From NCBI GenBank assembly GCA_039815945.1, contig JBCBYI010000002.1, positions 1 through 44,643 on the forward strand: a DNA stretch of 44,643 nt. Reading direction: 5' to 3'. Below, piece after piece: positions 38,001 through 44,643 of the stretch. Under the pieces are notes generated by a model. The model saw nothing but the letters and a program-made list of their open reading frames with translations. It ran no database searches and was not told the origin of the DNA. Position numbers and translations under genes: made by a program. Source of the stretch: Actinomycetota bacterium (lineage in GTDB: Bacteria > Actinomycetota > Acidimicrobiia > Acidimicrobiales > Aldehydirespiratoraceae). Position 1 is the first letter of the stretch. Each line of letters starts with the position of its first letter.

Positions 38001-41000
38001 ACCAGGGCACCCAGGACGCGACCATCGGCGAGACGATCACGTATCGCTTCGACGTGACCGTGCCCGAGGGCGTCGACATGTACAACGCGACGATCACGGA
38101 CGATCTCGACGCCGAGATCTCGTTCGTCAGCCTCGACGCCGGCGCCTTCCAGCTCACCGACGCCGGCGGATTCACCGCGCTGACCATCACCAACCCCGCC
38201 ACCGGCGCCGGCTACTTCGACATCGTCGACAACGACACCCTCGACGCCGGCGACATCGCCGTGACCTTGGTGGGCGACGTGCTCACGGCGACGTTCCCGG
38301 CCACGTGGGAGAACCCGGTCGGGGCCGACGACGACCTCTTCTGGATCGAGTTCACCGCCGTGGTCGACAACGACGCCTCGGTCGACGCCGGCGACAACAT
38401 CGACAACTACGCCGACGTCGACTGGCAAGACGTCACCGGGACGCTGAACTTCAACAGCGAGTCGAACCGGGCCCGCACTCGCGTGGTCGAGCCCAACATC
38501 TCGATCGCCAAGACCGACGACGGCACCGACACCGACTCGCCCGCCGACGGCGACAGCAACGTCGTCGCCGGCCAGACCATCGAGTACACGGTCACGGTCA
38601 GCAACGGCTCGGGCGGCAACGACTCCGACGCCTTCGATCTGGTGATCACCGACGTGTTGCCGCTCGGCGTCACCTTCGTCGCCTTCGACGGCGCCAACGC
38701 CGCGGACTCCCAGGCCTTCGTCGCCGACGGCACGACCACTGAGGGCACGATCACGTGGACGCTCGACCAGCTCGACGTCGGCGACTCGATGGATCTCGTC
38801 TACACGGTCACCGTCGACACCGATTCGGTGGCGGCGACTCAGCTGACCAACGCAGCCGACGTCACCGCCACCTCCCGAGCGACCGACACGCCGGCCGACG
38901 AGCGCACCGCCGCCAACGACCCGAACACGTCGAGCCGCTATGACGACGACGTCGACAACACGATTGAGCTCCCGCTTGCGCTCATCGACAAGGACATCGC
39001 CCCGTTCGGCGGGGTGCCCGACGTCGACGTCAGCGACTACCCGGTCGGTGATGCGATGGACTTCGAGCTGTACATCACCATCCCGAACGGCAGCCGCACC
39101 TACGACACGACCGTGTTCGACACGCTCCCGGCGTTCCTCGAGTTCGACAGCTACGGCACGCCGACGATCAGCGGCACCGAGTGTGAGCAGGCCGGCACCG
39201 CGACCGATCTCGTCGCCGTCGACGTGATCCGCCTCACGCCCGACGGCCAGACCCTCGGCTGGTACATCGGCGACGTCGAAGGTCAGGACGCGAACTGTGT
39301 CATCACCCTCCCCTACTCGGCCCATGTCGACATCGCGGCCGACACCGACGACAGCGGCGACAACAGCGCCACCGTGCAGTGGCACGACAGTGAGGACATC
39401 ACCGTTGACCCCGACGAGGTCACCGACCTCTCCGGTGAGACCTGGAACGAGTCCGACGGTCCGGCCTCCGAAACGGTGAACGTCATCGAACCCGACCTGT
39501 CGATCGACAAGGACGTGCAACTCCTCGACCCGGGTGTCGTCGAGTGCGAGCCGAGCGACGACGCCGACGAGTGCGACACGATCGTCACCGCCGAGCACCG
39601 CTTCACCGTGACCGTCACCAACGACGGCGACGGACCGGCCCACGACATCACCACCGTCGACACCCTGCCGACGATCGGCACGGGCATGCCGGACACCTTC
39701 ACCGGGCCCGACACGCCCGTCTACAGCCTGGGTGACCGGACCCTCACCTGGACCCACGTCGGCCCGATCGCCCCGGGTGGATCGATCACCTACACCTACG
39801 ACGTCACCGTCACGCCGTCGAGCGTGCTGACGAACGACGACGAACTGGTCAACACCGCCGACGCCACCGAGTACTTCGGCATGTCGAGCGCCGACCGCAC
39901 CGCGGCTCCCGATGCGGCCGACGTGCCGACCTACGGCGGCGCTCGCAACCCGGTCACCGCCGACTCCGTGACCCTCACCGTCGAGTTCCCCGACCTGGTC
40001 ATCGAGAAGAACCCGGGACCGGGTTCCGATGCGACCGACGCTCGCGCCGGCGAGGCCTTCACCTGGGATCTCGTCGTCACCAACGACGGCGGCGCCACGG
40101 CATTCGACATCGACGTCGACGACGTCCTCCCGAGCGCATGGCTCTTCGACACCGGCTCGGCCCAGATCGACACCGGCTCCGGGTTCGGGGCACTCGCCGA
40201 CCCGACCGGCGGCACGACCGGACCGCTGCTGTGGACCGACGTCGTCGCCTCGCTCGACGCCGGTGATTCGTTCACCATCCGCTTCGACACGATCCCGCAG
40301 GCCTCCCTGCTCACGACCGGCACCACCGGCACCTTCGACCACGAGAACGACTCGGGCGTCGACGGCGAGGACGCCTCGGGCGAGACGAGCAACGCGACCG
40401 GCGGCTACGGCGACGACAACGACGCCACCGACCCGGCCAACGGAGGCGGCGACCCGTACGACTCCGACAACAGCGTCGCTCGCATCCGTCGCATCGATCT
40501 CGAGATCGACAAGTCGATCGTCGAGACGGCGCCGTACTACTTCGGCGACTTCGTCACCTACCGGATCGTCGTCACCAACGACGACACCGTGATCGCCGTC
40601 GATCCGGCTTCCGAGGTCACCGTCAAGGACGTGTTGCCGAGCGGCGTCGTCTACGACTCCTTCACCGCCTCCGAAGGCACCTACGTGCCGGGCACCGACA
40701 CGTGGACCCTCACCTCGTCGCTGATGCCCGGCGAGAGCGAGACGCTCGACATCGTCGTGCAGATCAACACCGACGCAGCGATCACCAACCACACCGAGGT
40801 CGAGACGGCCGGACAATGGGACATCGACTCGACACCGGGCAACTGGGACGACGGCGTCGGCACCGATGAGGACGACAACGACACCGTCACCTTCACGCCC
40901 GAGGTCGCCGATCTCGGCAACCGAATCTGGTTCGACGTCGACAACGACGGCGAGCAGGATCCGGGCGAGCCCGGCATCGCCGGCGTCGACGTCACCGTGT

Positions 41001-43660
41001 CATGGACCGATCCCGGCACGCTCTTGACCGTCGAGCGCACGACGACCACCAACGCCGACGGTGAGTACGCCTTCGACGACCTGCCCCAGGACATCGACCT
41101 GACCGTCACGGTCGACGCGGCCGACCTCCCGGCCGGTCTCACCCAGACGTTCGAACTCGTCGACGATCCCGACATCACCGACACCCAGGCGAGCAACGCC
41201 CAGGGCGGCGCGGTGGACGGCATCGTCACCGAGATCCAGCTGACCGGCACGAACCCGAGCTACCTCGACGTGGACTTCGGCTACACCGGAACCGGCAGCC
41301 TGGGCGACTACGTCTGGTACGACCAGAACCGTGATGGCGTGCAGGACGCCGCCGAACAGGCGATCCCGAGCATCGACATCACCGTCGAGTACGCGGGCCC
41401 CGACGGCGTCTATGGCGACGATCCCGGCACCATCGGCGTCGACGAGTCGGCCGACGACGTCGCCTACAGCGACACCACCGACGCCGACGGCCTCTATCTG
41501 GTGGAGAACCTGCCCGCCGGCAGCTATCGGGTGATCGTCGACACCGCCGACCTCCCCGACTTCATCGACCAGGCCACCTGGGACGCCGACTTCGGCGTCT
41601 CCGACGACGCGGCCGACCTCGACGACGAGACCACCCACGTCCTCGCCGCCGGTGAGGACCAGCGAGGCCTCGACTTCGGCTACGCCGGGCCGGGCCGCCT
41701 CGGCGACACCGTCTGGCTCGACCTCGACGAGGACGGCGTGCTCGACGACGGTGAGGTCGGACTCGGCGGCATCGAGGTCACCGCGACCTTCACCGGCCCG
41801 ACCGGCGACCCGGTCGTGCTCACCACGACGACCGCCACCGACGGCACCTACCTCTTCGGCGGGCTTCCGCTCGGCGTGGCGATCACCGTCACCGTGGACG
41901 ACACCGATCTGCCGACCAGCACGACCCAGACCCACGACCTCGATGATCCGGCCGACGGTTCGTCGACTGCGGCAACCGCTCATGAAGCGACCGTGACGCT
42001 GACCGTGCTCGCGCCCGAGCGCCTCGATGTCGACTTCGGCTACGTCGGCGACCATGCCCTCGGCGACACGATCTGGCTCGACATGGACGGCAGTGGCGAA
42101 GCGACGCCACAGGCCGGCGACGTGCTGCTCCCGAGTGTCGAGGTCACCGCGACGTGGACCAACCCGGGCGGCACCGACCTCGTGCTCACCGCGACGACGG
42201 CCGCGGACGGCACCTACCGCTTCGACGGTCTGCCCGACGGCGACTACACGGTCGCCGTGAACCCGGCGACCCTGCCCGGGGGCGTCACCCCGGTGGTCGA
42301 TCCCGACGGCGGCGCCGACAACGGCTCGGCGACCACCATCGCGGGCGCGGACGATCTCGACCAGGACTTCTCCTACACGGGCACCGGATCGATCGGTGAT
42401 CTCGTGTGGAACGACCTCGACGACGACGGCGTCCAGGACACCGACGAGGACGGCATCCCCGACGTCGACGTGACGATCGTGTGGACCGACCCGATCACCG
42501 GCGCGACCACCACCATCGAGACCACGACCGACGCCGACGGCGGCTACCTCGTCGAGAACCTGCCGGCCGGTGACTACACCGTGTCGATCGATCCCGAGAC
42601 CCTGCCCGACGGCATGGCCCCGACGTACGACCTCGACGGCGGCGACGACCGCACGTCCGATCTGGTGCTCGATCCGGGTGAGGATCAGCTCGACGTCGAC
42701 TTCGGCGAGCGGCTCGAACTCGACCTCTCGATCGAGAAGACCTCGAGCGGCGAGTGGTCGATCGGTTCCGAGGAGCAGTGGACCCTGACCGTGCGGAACC
42801 TCGGTCCAGCGACGACGGACGGTCGCGCGGTCGTCACCGACGAACTCCCCGACGGAGTCAGCTACGTGCGGGCGGAGTCGACCGGCTTCGCCTGTGCGGA
42901 GGCCAACAGCCGGATCTCCTGCGTCGCCATCGGCGCCATGGCGGCTGGTGATTCGGCGATCATCGTGATCACCGTGCTCGTCGAGGCGGCTGCGGCCGAC
43001 ACCGGCAGCATCGTCAACACGGCCGTGGTGGAACACGACGGCGAGATCCCCGACGTCGAGCCGGAGAACGACACCGACGATGACGAGGTCGCGGTGCCCC
43101 TGTCGATCCTCGGCATCCAGAAGACGCTCGTCGACGACAGCCTGGTGACCGGGCAGGCGGCCACCTGGCGGATCACCGTCACCAACTACGGCCCCTCGCC
43201 CAGCAACGACACCATCCGGGTCGTCGACGAGTTGCCGACCACCCTCGCCTACGTGAGCTCGACGAGCGACGACTTCACCTGCTCGGCGGAGGGTCAGGTC
43301 GTGACCTGCACCTCCGACACCGTCGTCGCCGTGGACGAGTCGATCACGCTCGACCTCACCACCACCGTCACGGCTGCGGCCGGGGTGACCGTCACCAACT
43401 CGGCCGGCGTGTTCGGCGGCACTGTCGTCGGCGAGACGCCGTTGCCCGAGGACGTCCTCGACGATGCTCGCGACGATCTCGACGTCTCCGTCCCGACCGT
43501 GGTCGACGGCAACGCCGAGACCCCGCCGTCGCCGACGCTCGCCTTCACCGGCATCGACATCGAGCCGCTGATCTCGCTCGCCATCGCCTTGGTGGCGATG
43601 GGTTGGGCCCTCACGGTCTTCGGCCGCCGTCGCGACCCGGCGACGGTGACCACCGACTGA
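35069..43660 (+). CDS. Giant (~2860 aa) acidic, sortase-anchored surface protein with DUF11-type repeat domains and SdrD-B-like repeats (putative adhesin)
   Basis: ATG at 35069, with GAAGGGA 7 nt upstream, within the 34970-43660 ORF.
- Signal peptide: RLRFRRALALLATFAVLTTGLVVV.
- At least 12 copies of the DUF11/TIGR01451-like pattern (x-L-x-I-x-K ... TYTITVTN-G ... V-D-x-LP-x-G-x-x-F/Y). Examples: DLSIDKDVQ..HRFTVTVTNDGDGPAHDITTVDTLP and LDLSIEKTSS..WTLTVRNLGPATTDGRAVVTDELPDGVSYV.
- Five SdrD-B-like repeats.
- C-terminal LAFTG, then a TM helix, then RRRD. Confidence 0.9.
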   Translation: MGSQKRCVVPRLRFRRALALLATFAVLTTGLVVVDVADPVPVAAGDDGSLDLAFGGPSEILLGETATYSLAATNNGGGGDLYNLSWQLILPAGAAVTASDLGEPTIEVADSPAAGQTTLVWTNIEDLQVNVTKSHEVTVSYAHPTWDVAGIPSITAGAFASGDARQVPDFNADGSHNDTSDTTAFDTQSNATEITAVRITKDEPNAESELLRGVHDEFTTYTLTIQNNFLNVTDTIVVEDWLPAGVEFLGCRSVDNTSASPVTNTGGVTFDEYVGSGSLIDAPVSALPAPCFEPDFVETRTLTADEVAPGSAPGVYTYVRWDVDAGAGIDPGDDGSLTAGETFDIQYSAGIPLRQNEMFTVDPGTAGEQIANLDNNTGALTADEQQWTNWARVEGFYRGPNAGPSSDTDSEIVIAEDLSIHKSVDDGVFVQREEPRWTLFIETGEYRDAEDLVVVDTVPDGLCPIVTGGCAGTAAAPTVGGVTDQPDIVTENTDGSWTLTWNTIPDLTPSDDLTIEFSTVVRGAYQEGFADDTPVVGGDYWTNTVDITGATDPIPDAPDRAGEPDTIDASSAGQVSETVDIVKSISAPAAAGDPLSCDTASWIVSGDAPVGFKPGDRVCYRLQVDFTLDLDFRNPQVTDFIPPNTSFEAFWGVDPGTTDAASGVTVGNQAPIGDVELVDFGPGGVGDGSIDAIVWSLGSDITEDDGTANAGDLYIDETSDLFEVVFSVIVAGDPRDASEFDIIENLAKLTHQNSAHLGGETYSSRDLAGFPFVEPHLVLDKRNAPDGDTPDDDPESGVQGSVFDYSVTISNDVATTGSATQDAHAAALDINVLDTLPPLIECSDVSAIAVAGPDGAIAAVCNTIGTPTDSDTISSTIPRLDPGETATLTYTITVPTDIAAGATLTNTAEVLDFDQQTDNRGGSLEYDPGDNIGPLEDTAVVDIVDVTVVKGQTSSDDDTDVGGSDGGDQNRSGDDSQDQGTQDATIGETITYRFDVTVPEGVDMYNATITDDLDAEISFVSLDAGAFQLTDAGGFTALTITNPATGAGYFDIVDNDTLDAGDIAVTLVGDVLTATFPATWENPVGADDDLFWIEFTAVVDNDASVDAGDNIDNYADVDWQDVTGTLNFNSESNRARTRVVEPNISIAKTDDGTDTDSPADGDSNVVAGQTIEYTVTVSNGSGGNDSDAFDLVITDVLPLGVTFVAFDGANAADSQAFVADGTTTEGTITWTLDQLDVGDSMDLVYTVTVDTDSVAATQLTNAADVTATSRATDTPADERTAANDPNTSSRYDDDVDNTIELPLALIDKDIAPFGGVPDVDVSDYPVGDAMDFELYITIPNGSRTYDTTVFDTLPAFLEFDSYGTPTISGTECEQAGTATDLVAVDVIRLTPDGQTLGWYIGDVEGQDANCVITLPYSAHVDIAADTDDSGDNSATVQWHDSEDITVDPDEVTDLSGETWNESDGPASETVNVIEPDLSIDKDVQLLDPGVVECEPSDDADECDTIVTAEHRFTVTVTNDGDGPAHDITTVDTLPTIGTGMPDTFTGPDTPVYSLGDRTLTWTHVGPIAPGGSITYTYDVTVTPSSVLTNDDELVNTADATEYFGMSSADRTAAPDAADVPTYGGARNPVTADSVTLTVEFPDLVIEKNPGPGSDATDARAGEAFTWDLVVTNDGGATAFDIDVDDVLPSAWLFDTGSAQIDTGSGFGALADPTGGTTGPLLWTDVVASLDAGDSFTIRFDTIPQASLLTTGTTGTFDHENDSGVDGEDASGETSNATGGYGDDNDATDPANGGGDPYDSDNSVARIRRIDLEIDKSIVETAPYYFGDFVTYRIVVTNDDTVIAVDPASEVTVKDVLPSGVVYDSFTASEGTYVPGTDTWTLTSSLMPGESETLDIVVQINTDAAITNHTEVETAGQWDIDSTPGNWDDGVGTDEDDNDTVTFTPEVADLGNRIWFDVDNDGEQDPGEPGIAGVDVTVSWTDPGTLLTVERTTTTNADGEYAFDDLPQDIDLTVTVDAADLPAGLTQTFELVDDPDITDTQASNAQGGAVDGIVTEIQLTGTNPSYLDVDFGYTGTGSLGDYVWYDQNRDGVQDAAEQAIPSIDITVEYAGPDGVYGDDPGTIGVDESADDVAYSDTTDADGLYLVENLPAGSYRVIVDTADLPDFIDQATWDADFGVSDDAADLDDETTHVLAAGEDQRGLDFGYAGPGRLGDTVWLDLDEDGVLDDGEVGLGGIEVTATFTGPTGDPVVLTTTTATDGTYLFGGLPLGVAITVTVDDTDLPTSTTQTHDLDDPADGSSTAATAHEATVTLTVLAPERLDVDFGYVGDHALGDTIWLDMDGSGEATPQAGDVLLPSVEVTATWTNPGGTDLVLTATTAADGTYRFDGLPDGDYTVAVNPATLPGGVTPVVDPDGGADNGSATTIAGADDLDQDFSYTGTGSIGDLVWNDLDDDGVQDTDEDGIPDVDVTIVWTDPITGATTTIETTTDADGGYLVENLPAGDYTVSIDPETLPDGMAPTYDLDGGDDRTSDLVLDPGEDQLDVDFGERLELDLSIEKTSSGEWSIGSEEQWTLTVRNLGPATTDGRAVVTDELPDGVSYVRAESTGFACAEANSRISCVAIGAMAAGDSAIIVITVLVEAAAADTGSIVNTAVVEHDGEIPDVEPENDTDDDEVAVPLSILGIQKTLVDDSLVTGQAATWRITVTNYGPSPSNDTIRVVDELPTTLAYVSSTSDDFTCSAEGQVVTCTSDTVVAVDESITLDLTTTVTAAAGVTVTNSAGVFGGTVVGETPLPEDVLDDARDDLDVSVPTVVDGNAETPPSPTLAFTGIDIEPLISLAIALVAMGWALTVFGRRRDPATVTTD
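40916..42705 (+). repeat. Five tandem SdrD-B/Cna-B-like protein repeats (111-133 aa each) inside the giant gene
   Basis: Repeat starts:
- 40916: GNRIWFDVDNDGEQDPGEPGIAGVDVTV
- 41303: GDYVWYDQNRDGVQDAAEQAIPSIDITV
- 41702: GDTVWLDLDEDGVLDDGEVGLGGIEVTA
- 42062: GDTIWLDMDGSGEATPQAGDVLLPSVEVTA
- 42395: GDLVWNDLDDDGVQDTDEDGIPDVDVTI

Each repeat contains T-x-DG-x-Y-x-F/V-x-x-LP-x-G-x-Y and ends in (V/L)DFG(Y). The repeats are diverged at the DNA level. Confidence 0.8.
43538..43657 (+). other. Cell-wall sorting signal: LAFTG (43538-43552), hydrophobic helix, and positively charged tail
   Basis: PSPTLAFTGIDIEPLISLAIALVAMGWALTVFGRRRDPATVTTD. The LAxTG motif is the class E sortase recognition motif. 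Confidence 0.8.
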
Positions 43661-43701
43661 TCGACCGACCGTCCGGGCGCATAACCCGGACGGCCGGTCG
43701 A
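43661..43701. terminator. 17-bp (one mismatch) hairpin that fills the convergent spacer between the giant gene and leuS (candidate bidirectional terminator)
   Basis: TCGACCGACCGTCCGGG-cgcataa-CCCGGACGGCCGGTCGA. It starts at the first base after the TGA at 43658-43660 and ends at the base before the leuS stop (tca at 43702-43704). Confidence 0.55.
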
Positions 43702-44643
43702 TCAGACGATGATGTTGATCATCCGGCCCGGCACGTAGATCACCTTGCGGATCTCGGCGCCGTCGATGTGGTGCGCGACGTTCTCGTCGGCCGTCGCCGC
43801 CGCGAGCACGGTGGCCTCGTCGGCGTCGGGGGCGACCATGATGCGGCCCCGCACCTTGCCCTTGACCTGCACCGGCAGCTCGACCTGATCGTCGACCAGC
43901 AACGACTCGTCGGCCACGGGGAACTCGGCCCACACGACCGAACCCTCGCCACCGAGCTTCGACCACAGCTCTTCGGCCATGTGCGGCACCAACGGCGACA
44001 GCATGCGAACCATCGCGTCGGCGACGACGCGTGGCGTCGGACCCTCGGCCTTGGTGACCTCGTTGTTCAGCTCGGTCAGCTTGGCGATGGCGGTGTTGTA
44101 GCGGAGGTTGTCCATGTCGCCGGTGACGCCATCGATCGTCTTGTGCAGCACGCGCAGTAACTCGTCGGACGGAGCGTCGTCGGTCAACGCGACCTCGCCG
44201 GTCTCCTCGTCGACGATCGAACGCCACACCCGCTGGAGCAGACGCTGCGAACCGACGACCGAACGGGTCTCCCACGGACGGTCTTGGGTGATCGGCGCCA
44301 TCGACATCTCGTAGAGGCGCAGGGTGTCGGCGCCGTACGCGGCGTACATGTCGTCGGGCGTCACCGAGTTCTTCAACGACTTGCCCATCTTGCCGAAGCT
44401 GCGCGTCACGGGCTTGCCCTCGAAGGTGAAGCCCGACTGGGCGTCGCCCTCGACCGACTCGGCGTCGACATAGATCTCGCGCTCGTCCTGGAACGCCGCG
44501 GCCTGGATGTAGCCCTGGTTGATCAGACGCTTGAACGGCTCGGCGGTGGTGACGTGGCCGAGGTCGAACAAAACCTTGTGCCAGAAGCGGCTGTACAGCA
44601 GGTGCAGCACGGCGTGCTCGACGCCGCCGACGTACAGGTCGAC
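43702..44643 (-). CDS. leuS: Leucyl-tRNA synthetase, C-terminal ~313 codons (the 5' part lies beyond the right edge)
   Basis: The reading frame stays open to the window edge (VDLYVGGVEHAVLHLLYSRFWHKVLFDLG ...). It has a class I KMSKS-type loop (FGKMGKSLKN), LRLYEMSMAP, and the LeuRS C-terminal domain ending in GRMINIIV. Confidence 0.95.
   Translation of the reverse strand, partial: VDLYVGGVEHAVLHLLYSRFWHKVLFDLGHVTTAEPFKRLINQGYIQAAAFQDEREIYVDAESVEGDAQSGFTFEGKPVTRSFGKMGKSLKNSVTPDDMYAAYGADTLRLYEMSMAPITQDRPWETRSVVGSQRLLQRVWRSIVDEETGEVALTDDAPSDELLRVLHKTIDGVTGDMDNLRYNTAIAKLTELNNEVTKAEGPTPRVVADAMVRMLSPLVPHMAEELWSKLGGEGSVVWAEFPVADESLLVDDQVELPVQVKGKVRGRIMVAPDADEATVLAAATADENVAHHIDGAEIRKVIYVPGRMINIIV

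Noticed and set aside
34607-40816. A 2069-aa ORF on the minus strand, the longest minus-strand ORF in the window. Together with the 1091-aa minus-strand ORF at 41000-44275, it lies antisense to the giant adhesin gene.
   Set aside because: The translation is dominated by G/V/D/R runs (VGD, RVG, GGR), with no domain, signal or motif structure. This is what is expected when a GC3-rich gene rich in Asp/Thr/Val codons (GAC/ACC/GTC) is read antisense. The plus-strand frame has clear repeat domains, a signal peptide and a sorting signal. These are shadow ORFs.
1-44643. A search by eye for tRNA or rRNA genes, T-loop-like GGTTCGAATCC motifs, transposase or integrase genes, terminal inverted repeats, toxin-antitoxin pairs and defence-system genes.
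   Set aside because: I found none. The non-coding spacers are all short (the longest are 187 and 161 bp). Every long ORF with coding-like composition was assigned to a metabolic, envelope or regulatory family. A covariance-model scan (tRNAscan-SE/Infernal) would be needed to formally exclude small RNAs.

Overview
The window is a very GC-rich, gene-dense chromosomal segment. Third codon positions are almost all G/C, which produces many long antisense shadow ORFs. The gene content looks actinobacterial: DUF3107, Mrp, a class E sortase, DUF5317, a septum-formation lipoprotein, and promoters typical of leaderless mRNAs. I call 43 protein-coding genes, two of them truncated at the window edges. 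I found no rRNA, tRNA or CRISPR arrays, and no transposase or integrase genes.

Main blocks:
- (i) 1-6.4 kb: housekeeping and regulatory genes (DUF3107, Mrp, a SufR/ArsR-like regulator, an atypical receiver protein, a SixA-like phosphatase, Crp/Fnr, a DUF3179 lipoprotein).
- (ii) 6.4-15.6 kb, minus strand: a complete, translationally coupled System I cytochrome c maturation operon (ccmABCDEFGH plus a CcmI-like TPR gene). A 700-aa gene follows 46 bp downstream and fuses a YceI domain, a CXXCH heme-c module and a PHM/DBH-type copper monooxygenase core.
- (iii) 15.7-17.6 kb: a class E sortase and a septum-formation lipoprotein.
- (iv) 17.7-31.2 kb: mixed envelope and metabolic genes. These are DUF5317, a GH63-like hydrolase back to back with a GT4 glycosyltransferase, TetR, Nudix, TesB, a lytic transglycosylase, a HAD-YcaQ-PLP decarboxylase operon, an MFS transporter and TrhA.
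- (v) 31.3-34.5 kb: a MarR-thiolase-hydroxyacyl-CoA dehydrogenase-enoyl-CoA hydratase operon.
- (vi) 34.7-43.7 kb: cspA and an ~8.6 kb gene for a ~2860-aa acidic surface protein. It has DUF11-type repeats and five SdrD-B-like repeats, and it ends in an LAFTG sorting signal that matches the class E sortase 18 kb upstream.
- (vii) The 3' part of leuS.

The most interesting candidates are the ccm operon in an actinobacterial context together with its fused cytochrome-c/copper-monooxygenase gene, and the sortase E / giant LAxTG adhesin pair.

All calls rest on reading the translations and the DNA by eye. No database search was run.
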